Position numbers and translations under genes: made by a program. From positions 806,001-870,000 of the forward strand of contig OX337240.1 in NCBI GenBank assembly GCA_946965045.2: a DNA stretch of 64,000 nt, given 5' to 3'. This DNA comes from Epithemia pelagica. Taxonomy: Eukaryota > Protista > Bacillariophyta. The stretch's first letter is position 1; the number at the start of each line of letters is the position of its first letter. The notes under the pieces were generated by a model. That model searched no databases, was not told the origin of the DNA, and saw only the letters and a program-made list of their open reading frames with translations. Below are positions 35,356-44,841 of this stretch, in pieces.

Positions 35356-36969
35356 ATGCGTCAACGACAGCCACCCGGTCGATCCAAGGAATCGGTGGAG
35401 AACGACAGCGAAACCAAGCATTCCGATCCACAACAGGATCCACCGCAACGAACTTTACCAGACAATAAGGACGCCATCCAAAGGACTGTCCAGGGCATTT
35501 TCGGCTACATGCTCACAACCAGTTGCCAAACTGCAAGGAACTTGTATCACTGGATCATCCAGAAGAAAAAGAATCTCTTGTTTATCATTCCATGTGCTGC
35601 TTTCGCGTTGGCCGTGATTGTGGGCTTGACAAAGGATGGAACTCTACTACAGGTCAGTACACCCGATCCGGATCCAGCCGCTCCGTTCTGGACCTTGTCG
35701 TCGTCAGGACCAAGGCTCCAACAACCAGTGAAACACACAACCTTCTGGAACAAGCAAGAACCACACAACGAGCACGAACCTCACCATGCTCACTATGCCA
35801 AGACGTGTCCCTCCCTACTCTTGGGAACCAAACCATTGCCACACAATATACAAGAAAAGCAACATCAACAATTACCCCAACGCAGTGATTTCAACAAGTC
35901 TACTCAAACCATGTGGGTAGCGTCCTTTCCCGATTCCTTGAGTGAACAAATATTAAAAACATGGGTTCAAGGACTCTTGTGGACCAACAACAACAACAAC
36001 AACAAGAACGATCCTCTCGTACAAGCGCCCGTCAAGACTTTTTACATGCAAGCCAAACGCAAAACGACTGGGGATGGTCCTAGTTTTATCTTGCGAAAAT
36101 GTCAAAGTGCCATCAGTGTGACCGTCCTATGTACGGTCGTGCATCCCATGGTACTCATGTCCCCTCCTCCCACGGCACCGCAATACACCAAATACATGCA
36201 TCCCACCACTCTCTACGTATTGCGCAATCCCCTATCGGCCATTCCCGCTCACCTTCAAGCCAAGGCCATCAAGTATCACCATTTACCCGCCACTCAACAA
36301 GTTTCATTGGCGGAATGGCGTTCCTTTCGCACTCAATACCTAAAAGGTTCTGTCCATTCCTGGAAAGATCAACTACGCGCCTGGATTCCATCCTCCACAG
36401 ATCCAAACTACTACTATCACCTGGGCCTTGTACTTCCCGTGGAACATGTTCGGCATCCGGTCTACGGGCCTCAACTCTTGAACCAACTGAGGCAAGTTCT
36501 ACAAGACGCCGGACATGTTGTGGTTGCTGCGGCCAACGATACTCCTCCAATGTCGTCGTCGTCGTCATCCTTTCCCAACCAGCAAGTACCATCCTGGTTG
36601 GACTGTGTGTGGTATTCGGCCATTGACCAGGTACCCACTTCGGGGTCCGTGTTGCCGTCGTCATCGCCGGACGACTCGTATTGGCAACGAATTCATTTTT
36701 GGGATGTGAGTCTCGAGTACTTACCGCCCTATACGGCCACCGAATTGCAATGGATGCAGAACGAACTACGCGAGTTTGTTCAGGAATTGACCACCACCAA
36801 CGACAACAACAAGAGTACGTCCATGAGCACGTTGATCCAACTTTTGCAGTCCTACATTCAAGACATTCAAGAGTATCCCGTCGTGGAACCTGAATCCAAC
36901 TCTACAACGACGACAACCAAAAAGGGATCAAAAGAACAGGATACAAAGTCGGGATCACACAACAGTTGA
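35356..36969 (+). CDS. Type II membrane protein, sulfotransferase-like (P-loop fold)
   Basis: Single TM segment (LLFIIPCAAFALAVIVGL), then WVASFPDS (5'-PSB-like) and VLRNPLSAIPA (3'-PB-like). The start at MRQRQ is inferred. Confidence 0.55.
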   Translation: MRQRQPPGRSKESVENDSETKHSDPQQDPPQRTLPDNKDAIQRTVQGIFGYMLTTSCQTARNLYHWIIQKKKNLLFIIPCAAFALAVIVGLTKDGTLLQVSTPDPDPAAPFWTLSSSGPRLQQPVKHTTFWNKQEPHNEHEPHHAHYAKTCPSLLLGTKPLPHNIQEKQHQQLPQRSDFNKSTQTMWVASFPDSLSEQILKTWVQGLLWTNNNNNNKNDPLVQAPVKTFYMQAKRKTTGDGPSFILRKCQSAISVTVLCTVVHPMVLMSPPPTAPQYTKYMHPTTLYVLRNPLSAIPAHLQAKAIKYHHLPATQQVSLAEWRSFRTQYLKGSVHSWKDQLRAWIPSSTDPNYYYHLGLVLPVEHVRHPVYGPQLLNQLRQVLQDAGHVVVAAANDTPPMSSSSSSFPNQQVPSWLDCVWYSAIDQVPTSGSVLPSSSPDDSYWQRIHFWDVSLEYLPPYTATELQWMQNELREFVQELTTTNDNNKSTSMSTLIQLLQSYIQDIQEYPVVEPESNSTTTTTKKGSKEQDTKSGSHNS

Positions 36970-37706
36970 TCCAAGAAAACACTGGACCAATCTCCAAGGA
37001 AGAGAACACACCAGAGACGATTGACAGACACAAGTGTGATTGAAGATGGAAATCAACCACGAGGAAGAAAGGCCGTTCCTGTCATTGAGTTTTCGCATTG
37101 TCCTGTGGTTTTGGTGACAACACAAATACGGTGTCGGGTTGTCGTTGGGGGATGGTTCGATTGCGGGTTCCTCCTTTCGCAACCAGCACTATTGTTGCGG
37201 CTGTGGAAAAGAAGACACGGCATTCAGTTGACATGTACTCTCCCAAGGGGAGTCGTCATATTATTTTGTGGTGGAAGGACAAGTACTCAACGATGGCGTT
37301 CAGTGGAGACAGGTTACCAACGAATCCATCTAGACATTTTGTGGAGTCCCGACGAGTCCATCTAAGTACCAGCAAGCGTTGTATCCACAACCAATGGTAT
37401 GTGGTGCGGTTCGCACGGGACAAGAGGTCTCTTTCTCCTGTAGAGGAAGAAATGCGAGGCGAGATCCCTTGAGCATCGGAAGTACAATGTCGTCTCTAGG
37501 AGAGCTCATTCGACATGAAGACACAAAAAGGACAAACCTAGAGTTAGTCTTTGGATTCTACTCCTAGAGGAGTACAAGGTTACTCTAGGCCCTAGGTAGG
37601 CTATTCCGTTTCCGGGTCCCCCGGGAATGGCCTCTCTACAACCGGTCGCGGAAGAGGTCGCACCATGTCTCGCACGGATGTCGAGACAGGACGTGTTTGG
37701 TTCGAG

Positions 37707-37880
37707 TGTATAAATCCTGCCACTACACGCTACAACACGGTGTGTACGGCGTGCAACAAGTGGCTAGACCAAAATTATGACTAGAAAACTAGATGCGTAG
37801 CAGCATATGTAGGCGATGCATATTCGCCAATATGCGACCATGTATCCGCCAATATGCGACCTGTTGGCGGGATTTATTCA
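37707..37880 (-). repeat. 3' LTR (174 bp)
   Basis: TGTATAAATCC...GGATTTATTCA, identical to 44606-44779. Confidence 0.97.
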
Positions 37881-38034
37881 GTCCCCGCGAGCTAGATCGG
37901 AAGCATTTCGACTAGGTCGCCCACGACTTGTTTCAGCAGAGGCCGGTCCATCAGGACTATTTTTTGTCAATTAAGAGGGGTGTCTATTCGGACAATAAAA
38001 GAGGGGTGTGAGGACAATGAATTCGATCATGTAA

Positions 38035-41000
38035 TCACCACAAAACACGTTGTGCTAGAAAACGCAATCGGGGTCCTGGTAACGATTTTGTCAGCAGGTC
38101 CGCAAGATTGGTTTCACCTTCTTCCCAGGCGATACGCACGATGTTGGCGGCTTGTGCCTCACGTGTGCGATGGTAAGCAATAGCATTGTGTTTCTTCTTC
38201 AGAGTGACTTCAGGCATGGTTGCACTCTTGAACACAGATTCATTATCACAGAACAAATTGGTTTCGCCATCAAGTGGAATGCCCATCATTCTCAACTTGT
38301 AACGGAAACCCTCTATCTGTTCGATGGCAGTCTTCATTGCGACAAATTCGGAGCCAAATGTTGATGTCTCAACAGTACTCTGTCGTTTGGAATACCACAA
38401 GATAGGTGCTCGTTGTAAGAACATAAGAATACCAGTTTGTGAGCGACGCGTAGCAAGACAACCAGCGTGATCGGCATCAACAAAACAAGTTGTGGTAACA
38501 GCCCGTCCACGAGGTGGTGGCATATTGGGCGGCAAAGGGTCACTAGCATCAGGGTAGTATTCAGACCAGTCTGCCTGGAAGAAACGATCCTCGTCGAAGG
38601 TCGGAGTTGTGTCGTCGAACACTAGGGTGGAACGTCCATGCGCTTTTAGGTATGCAAAAATGTGCAAGGCTTGTTCGAGGTGTCCTTCACGTGGCATGGC
38701 TAGATATCGGGACAGTTGTGATACGGCAACAATGATATCGATACGACCAAGTTCCACAACCCAACGAAGGATACCAATTAGTCCCTGATAGTAATTTGCA
38801 CGTCGGGGGTCCAGTTCAGGAGATGAGTCGATCTCAGGACGATACCCAGTGGCAAGCGGAGTTGAGACTCGTGTCTGTAGCTTTTGGCCAACTTTAGACA
38901 GTTCGGTCTCAATTTCAGATATGGCACGTTTAACATATTTGTCGGAGGACATGGCCCATCGGGGTTTGTTCTCAGGATCGTCAGTATCTGGTATGGTATA
39001 GTGTCGAATCTCAGATCCCAAGTATTCGTCTGGGTCTTTAATACTCTCGGGTTTGATGGTATACCGTTTTTCCAGATCATTCATGATCGATCGCGGATCA
39101 TGACTGACACAGAGTATGTCGTCTATGTAGACAAGTACATACTCATAGTATTGGAACCCATCAGATGGTCGGACTTGAGGTCGAAGCCAGACATCAGGGT
39201 CAGCCAAGCAACTGTTGAACTTCATTTCACGAAGTGTTGCGGCAATGTGATCACGCCAACGAGCAGCAGAACTCTTCAAACCATACAGAGCACGAACAAT
39301 CAGTGCAGGTCGGCCAACGTTTTCGGGACCAAATTCTAGTCCCGCCGTAATATAAGTTCGCTCTTTTGTTGGTGCATTGAGGTATGCATTTTGTACGTCC
39401 CCGGCCAACACGTCCAGGCCATTAAGGGCAGCGATAGTGAATGCAATTCGTACGCTATCACGGGATACAACACTGGAGTACGTGGATTCCTTCGGTGGAT
39501 CAGTCTTATGCCCACCGGCAACCAGTCGGGCTTTACGGCGAAGATCAGACTTGATATCAAAGACCATATGACATGGGATATGTTTGTATCCAATTGGTAC
39601 TTTGTCATCATCACGGAATTCAAAGGCAATGCGAACATTTTTCATCTCCTTTTCGATGGCTTTCCGCCAGAAATCAGTCCCCGTTCGACGATCAATCTCA
39701 AGAGCTTCTTGAACGGTTTTGGGCAGTTCAATACCATATTTGTGGGTACGTTTCCAATAGCGAGATTTTACTTTCGCAAGAATCACACCACGTTTGCGTA
39801 ACGTATGTGGAACCCACCAGGCATAGGCCGGTTCTTTGGCAAGCCCCGCCGCAACAGCATATTCGGCTAGTTGTACAGGCGAATCGTTTTTGAGATCTTT
39901 GAGAGGGATCCAAACAGTGGAACCATCGGAGAGTTCACACTCATGTTCCCAACCAACGGTTGTATGGCGTTTACGGCCATTCAACCAGTCCGGATCCGTT
40001 CGGAGGACAGCGTCCTTGGTTTTGCGATGTCCAATGATATCCTTTACAATGGCATAGGAGTTGCCCTCAGTGTCGACTTGAGAGTAAAGGTTCTCGGCAA
40101 TGAGATTGGCAGCAAGAGATTCGGTCGATCCATCGGGATACAGCACGTCATAGAAACGTGTGTCTAAGATTGGATTTGGATCACGTTTGCCAATTGGTCG
40201 GCCATGTTCATCCTTGGAGCGGCCTATGATCTTGGCTCTGGCCTGGTCCCCGCCATGCGGCAGCATGACTTCGGCTGTGAGATATTCGTCTAACTCCTCC
40301 GGAGTGTAGTCGTCAGCATCAGGGAGAGGTGTATCGGAGTCAAGAGCAGCAGGAAAGAGAGATTCGCTTTCGTCTTCTCCAAAGAAATCATCGGGTGGAT
40401 CAGGGGAAACGTTGGCGGCATCTTCATCGGAGGACGGCGATGTATCCACGAGGAGAGTCTTGATAAGACCATCATAGACTTCCATTTGTTGACGGATTGT
40501 GGGATTTTTCATATCGTCGTCAGGGATTGCCCACACATCTTTTCGGACAATAACTCGACCTTTCTCTGTCAAGACGTTGAAGGCCATGTCATCAATACAG
40601 TCATCGGCAAGACCAAGCCAGCGCCCAATACATTTACGCTCATGAGGGAAGTCATGCGACGGCGTATAATAGTATACAGGTTGATAGAAATCAAACAAAG
40701 CCATGGGAGAGATGTCGGGTGTCGATCCAAGAACGTGTTCAAATGGCGTTCGTCCATTAAGTTCAGGGATATCAGAGGCAGTTAACTGGCGGACAGAGGC
40801 AACCCACTTCAGCGCATAGGACCATGTGCGTCGTGGTGCACCAGTTTGACGTAACTTCCTAATAACACCTTTCTTCAACTCACGGATGCTCGCTTCCGCG
40901 GCATTCTGCCATTGACTGTATGGGACGGTCACTTCTTGTTTGATACGGTACTCATTACAGATCTCACGAGAACGTCCATGAAATAGCTCTTGCGCACCGT

Positions 41001-42291
41001 CAGAAATTAACGTCTGAGGAATTCCGACATTCTGGATAAGGGACATCAGACCTTCAGGGTGTTGCTTCTTTGATTTCCAGGGATAGACAAAATCATAGCC
41101 CTTTCCATCAGTAAATACGGAAGCACCCGTGTGAAGATCAAGCGATGGGCACTTGGAGAACATCTCGTCGCAAAACCATCGTCCCTTGACATTCGGGAAT
41201 TTGAGCCATGGAGCTTTCTTTCGAACCTTGCGTTCAGATGGGACAAGGACATTTCGGACCCCAGCCTGGGTTGTCACTTGTAAAGTCTTCTTGGCCTTAG
41301 TTAGGCCGACGTTCCATCGAGAAGACAAGGTCTGGGGATCAAGTACAGGCTTAGAAGAAGATGGCAAGACTTTTACGGCTTTCGTTGGTCGTGACGAAGC
41401 AGACTTAACGGCTTTGAGAAAGTATTCGTCGGGATCAAGGTCCTCAATGTCCACAGTGTCCTCGGCACTTGGTGGATGGGACACTCGAACGGCAGCAACT
41501 AAGCGGTTGCATAGTTCATCCTCGTCATTCTCAAGTTCCATGCAATAGCCATAGGTGTCGTCGTATGATCGGACGGCAGCAACCAATCGCGGGACACAGG
41601 ATGCGGCAATCGAATTCGGATCAACTTGGCGGACAGCAGATGCATTGGATGCATTGGCTTTCTCCTCCGCGGCAGCAAAGGTGGACGAATGAGGGTGCCA
41701 CACCGAATCAGCAGTCATGACTATCCGTGGGAGCGACTCGAGCTCCTCCGGGGTTGGCTTCGTGGTCGCGAAGCCAGAGATAACACCGGACATTTCTAGA
41801 GGAATGGTCAGGTCAGCATCGGGAATACGAATGCTGTGTGTGCTGTAAGAGTCAAACTGACGCGGCACATCATGGACAATGAGGCCGTTTGAACGCAGTT
41901 GATTGGGACAAATCAATGATTGGGACAATCGGTCCCCGAAGAATAACGACTCGTGAAACAGCAATAGATAACTATTGTTGTGGGCATCAGTCCAGACAGT
42001 GGCGGTCGTGGTGACGGGGATACGCTTGAGGGGTTTATATTCCTCTGAGAATGGGGAAACAGTGATGTAACGGTCAGGTTCCCTGAATTTTACAAAGTTG
42101 CGACCAACACAACAAGTGTCAGCATGCGAGTCCATTTCACATGTCAGATCAATCGGATCAGTGGTATGGGACTGTGATACGGCAGCACATAAACGGTGTG
42201 CAAAGGCTAAGCTGAAGGTAGGGGTGCCTACAAGTGAGAAATGTGGACGGATAAGATTCGTTTTATCAATTTCATCACTGGGCACACAGCC
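38035..42291 (-). CDS. Copia pol (PR-IN-RT-RNase H)
   Basis: EMDSHADTCCVG; FCDEMF..ISDGAQE..WQNAAEASIRELK; RKARLVAGGH, AGDVQNAYLNA, RALYGLKSS, VYIDDIL; FVDADHAG, TFGSEFVA, FCDNES, NLADLLTK. Same frame as gag after a single TGA. Confidence 0.95.
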   Translation of the reverse strand, partial: GCVPSDEIDKTNLIRPHFSLVGTPTFSLAFAHRLCAAVSQSHTTDPIDLTCEMDSHADTCCVGRNFVKFREPDRYITVSPFSEEYKPLKRIPVTTTATVWTDAHNNSYLLLFHESLFFGDRLSQSLICPNQLRSNGLIVHDVPRQFDSYSTHSIRIPDADLTIPLEMSGVISGFATTKPTPEELESLPRIVMTADSVWHPHSSTFAAAEEKANASNASAVRQVDPNSIAASCVPRLVAAVRSYDDTYGYCMELENDEDELCNRLVAAVRVSHPPSAEDTVDIEDLDPDEYFLKAVKSASSRPTKAVKVLPSSSKPVLDPQTLSSRWNVGLTKAKKTLQVTTQAGVRNVLVPSERKVRKKAPWLKFPNVKGRWFCDEMFSKCPSLDLHTGASVFTDGKGYDFVYPWKSKKQHPEGLMSLIQNVGIPQTLISDGAQELFHGRSREICNEYRIKQEVTVPYSQWQNAAEASIRELKKGVIRKLRQTGAPRRTWSYALKWVASVRQLTASDIPELNGRTPFEHVLGSTPDISPMALFDFYQPVYYYTPSHDFPHERKCIGRWLGLADDCIDDMAFNVLTEKGRVIVRKDVWAIPDDDMKNPTIRQQMEVYDGLIKTLLVDTSPSSDEDAANVSPDPPDDFFGEDESESLFPAALDSDTPLPDADDYTPEELDEYLTAEVMLPHGGDQARAKIIGRSKDEHGRPIGKRDPNPILDTRFYDVLYPDGSTESLAANLIAENLYSQVDTEGNSYAIVKDIIGHRKTKDAVLRTDPDWLNGRKRHTTVGWEHECELSDGSTVWIPLKDLKNDSPVQLAEYAVAAGLAKEPAYAWWVPHTLRKRGVILAKVKSRYWKRTHKYGIELPKTVQEALEIDRRTGTDFWRKAIEKEMKNVRIAFEFRDDDKVPIGYKHIPCHMVFDIKSDLRRKARLVAGGHKTDPPKESTYSSVVSRDSVRIAFTIAALNGLDVLAGDVQNAYLNAPTKERTYITAGLEFGPENVGRPALIVRALYGLKSSAARWRDHIAATLREMKFNSCLADPDVWLRPQVRPSDGFQYYEYVLVYIDDILCVSHDPRSIMNDLEKRYTIKPESIKDPDEYLGSEIRHYTIPDTDDPENKPRWAMSSDKYVKRAISEIETELSKVGQKLQTRVSTPLATGYRPEIDSSPELDPRRANYYQGLIGILRWVVELGRIDIIVAVSQLSRYLAMPREGHLEQALHIFAYLKAHGRSTLVFDDTTPTFDEDRFFQADWSEYYPDASDPLPPNMPPPRGRAVTTTCFVDADHAGCLATRRSQTGILMFLQRAPILWYSKRQSTVETSTFGSEFVAMKTAIEQIEGFRYKLRMMGIPLDGETNLFCDNESVFKSATMPEVTLKKKHNAIAYHRTREAQAANIVRIAWEEGETNLADLLTKSLPGPRLRFLAQRVLW

Positions 42292-43842
42292 TCAGGTCTG
42301 CTTTGTGGCCTTATCAGTAAGGGCAGCTTTCGCAACGGCAGTTGTAGGCTCCTTGGTTTCATCAGGGTTGTGCGGCTTTGTAGATCCTTTTTTACTATGG
42401 GCAAAGCGTCCGAAACTGTTTCCGGCTGAGGTTTTGGGAACAGTCGGTTCATCAGCAACAGGAGGATCAGGCTCGGAATGGTTCGGCGCGTCGTCGCCAT
42501 CCAGGTCAATGGTCTCCAATTTCATGTCATCAGACTTTGGAGTTTCAGGTTTACTCAACTTGCGAGAACCATTTTCATCTTCAGTGCGCACGGCTCCGGC
42601 CTTGCGCTTTCCATTAGCGTCTTTCTGTTCTTTACGGGCACGGAGGATTTCAGCCTTCTCTTCATCAGAGAGCTTGCGCCATTCATCCAAACTGTAATGA
42701 CGCGTCTTCTTTTTATTCTGCTTGTTACGACCATTCTTCTTTCCACTAGTCTTAGTCGTACCCACACCAGCAATCTTTCGATTCTCGTCATTGGTCTTGT
42801 CGGTACGGGATGCAGCAATCAACGTGCCAAAATACTGCTGGCATGCTTCAAAATCAGAAAGCTTTGCTGCGTCACCGTTGACGACCGTCTTTCCCGCCGC
42901 CAAAGAGGGATCCGATATACCTTTGAGGAAATCGGTTACCTTTTTGGTTTCGGCAACGGGTTCATCAAGTTCAGCCAACGTATTATGAGCTTTCTGATGG
43001 CGGTGAACATATTGTTGATACGAGAAACGACCGCGGCCTGTAAACTTCGCGTCGGCAATAGCAGCGTATGCTTCTTTCTTGCGGATGGTGACAGCTGCTG
43101 TTCCAGTAGCTTGGCGAGTCAACGCAAGATACGCTTCACGGCCGTCCTTCTTCTTCTGGTGTGGCTTGATGAACGTCAGGCCAGGTCCGCCAACAAGAAA
43201 AGGTTTCATCAGTGTGAAGACGCGTTGATTGTCAAGGGCATACTGATCACCTTGCAGGATAGTAGTAGCAATCAAATCGTCATCGATAGTATCGTAGGCA
43301 GCATTCCTTGCTTCAGAACCAACAGGCTTAGTTTCACGAAGGACGTATGTCAAAGGGACACCCGTTGTGGGATTGCGATGCTGTGCGAGGAACGTGAGCA
43401 AGGCATCGTTAAACACCTCCCACTGAGTAAACGAAGTCAACTCTTTCGGTGGGGTCAGTTCATCGGAGGCAACTTCCTTGTTGAGTGCAAACAGTTCCTG
43501 GGTACGTTTGGTCCATTTCTTGATCAGGGGCGGATCAGAGAAAAGTGAGACTTTAAGAGCCTGACCACGAGACGAACGGTATTCGAGCCACATTCGGAAA
43601 CCGCGGAGCTGCAGGTTAGCACTGAAGGGAAAGGCCCCGTTCTCTGGAGGGGTCTTCGCCATCATCTTCAACATCGACGGCACTTGATGGACCGCAACAG
43701 TCATGAACGATTGAGCATCATCAAAACCCTGCTCAATGATGTAGGTCACGGTGGCATCATTGTATCCACAGCGTTTAACGGCAGCCTTGAAATCTTCCTT
43801 GGGATTTTCAGGGGCAGTGGATGAAGACATGGTGGAAGGCAA
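42292..43842 (-). CDS. Copia gag-like protein, 516 aa
   Basis: Lies upstream of pol inside the LTR pair. Diatom-copia gag-like motifs GVPLTYVLR, DNQRVF, KKDGREAYLAL, KVTDFLKGI, YSLDEWRKLS. Confidence 0.88.
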   Translation of the reverse strand: MPSTMSSSTAPENPKEDFKAAVKRCGYNDATVTYIIEQGFDDAQSFMTVAVHQVPSMLKMMAKTPPENGAFPFSANLQLRGFRMWLEYRSSRGQALKVSLFSDPPLIKKWTKRTQELFALNKEVASDELTPPKELTSFTQWEVFNDALLTFLAQHRNPTTGVPLTYVLRETKPVGSEARNAAYDTIDDDLIATTILQGDQYALDNQRVFTLMKPFLVGGPGLTFIKPHQKKKDGREAYLALTRQATGTAAVTIRKKEAYAAIADAKFTGRGRFSYQQYVHRHQKAHNTLAELDEPVAETKKVTDFLKGISDPSLAAGKTVVNGDAAKLSDFEACQQYFGTLIAASRTDKTNDENRKIAGVGTTKTSGKKNGRNKQNKKKTRHYSLDEWRKLSDEEKAEILRARKEQKDANGKRKAGAVRTEDENGSRKLSKPETPKSDDMKLETIDLDGDDAPNHSEPDPPVADEPTVPKTSAGNSFGRFAHSKKGSTKPHNPDETKEPTTAVAKAALTDKATKQT

Positions 43843-44509
43843 AAGGAAAGCAAGAGAGCCAGAAGCAGGAGAGGTTCAGAGCAAAACACAGGCAAAAAAC
43901 ACAGAAGTGTGGAGGCATTGCCAAAAGGTGATGCAGATCGCAGATTTTGCGATTCTACCTGGAATTAAGGTGCACAAGTAGTGTCGACTTGCGTTTGCGC
44001 TGCAGTCGGCAGAGAACAAAAACTGATGACGTGTGCATCGGCACAGTGCAAAAGGAGGTATCCATATTTTTATGTATGGAGAAAAGATTACCAAAACAAT
44101 CGCTCACTTAAGCGAGTGCTCCCCGTCACGTGGGAGAGTGCCATGGGTCACACATCACGAGTGTGAACTATAAGTAGTGCCGCAAGCATACCGTGACGAG
44201 TAGCTTAGCGCGAACACTCCCAAGCGGTGATCAGCCGCTGCCAGTACGGGCAAAAGGCAGAGAGCAAGACTCCAAGGAGTTTCACATGATGCATAGCTTA
44301 GCTAGCATAGTTGGTGAGTTAGACAAAAAAACGTATTAGTTCCCCCGTGCATTGGCATATAGCGTATGTACAAGGCGGTGAACCCCAGTCGACCGGGGTT
44401 GATCGGCCACCCTTGAGAAGAACATGCACTTTTAACCAGCGGGGAAACGTCTTGTACCATACACCCCAAATCTGGCGGCCCCCAGAAATTGGGCGTCTTA
44501 ACTAAAAGT

Positions 44510-44583
44510 TGAGTCTGAGGGGATTCGAACCCCTGGCACCACGAGCCAACAGCTAACATTTACAAGCTAAACCACTGCGGCTC
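44510..44583 (-). other. tRNA-like structure in the copia 5' leader
   Basis: Perfect T-arm AGGGG-TTCGAAT-CCCCT followed by CAGACTCA, with a D-loop-like GCAGTGGTTTAGC upstream. The acceptor stem does not pair canonically. Confidence 0.45.
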
Positions 44584-44590
44584 TGCAGTT

Positions 44591-44605
44591 GTGGGTCTGA
44601 TAAAC
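44591..44605 (-). promoter_or_regulatory. Putative primer-binding site complementary to a tRNA anticodon arm
   Basis: GTTTATCAGACCCAC directly abuts the 5' LTR. Its complement G-UGGGU-CUGAUAA-AC has anticodon stem/loop geometry. Confidence 0.45.
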
Positions 44606-44779
44606 TGTATAAATCCTGCCACTACACGCTACAACACGGTGTGTACGGCGTGCAACAAGTGGCTAGACCAAAATTATGACTAGAAAACTAGATGCGTAGC
44701 AGCATATGTAGGCGATGCATATTCGCCAATATGCGACCATGTATCCGCCAATATGCGACCTGTTGGCGGGATTTATTCA
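44606..44779 (-). repeat. 5' LTR (174 bp)
   Basis: Identical to 37707-37880. Confidence 0.97.
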
Positions 44780-44841
44780 CGAGAGTGATCCAAAGATCCA
44801 ATCCACAAAGATCGCTCCTCTCATAAAACGTACGCACCACC

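Larger units (their letters stand above)
37707..44779 (-). mobile_element. Full-length young Ty1/copia LTR retrotransposon, 7073 bp
   Basis: Two 174-bp LTRs that read identical; PPT CTCGCGGGGAC; intact gag and pol ORFs; 4-bp direct repeat CGAG at both flanks. Confidence 0.97.

Noticed and set aside
42478-43548. 356-aa plus-strand ORF as an env-like or extra copia gene
   Set aside because: Fully antisense to gag with no motif support.
44510-44583. Canonical tRNA gene
   Set aside because: Only 4 of 7 acceptor positions pair and no canonical 7-nt anticodon loop forms; kept only as tRNA-like.
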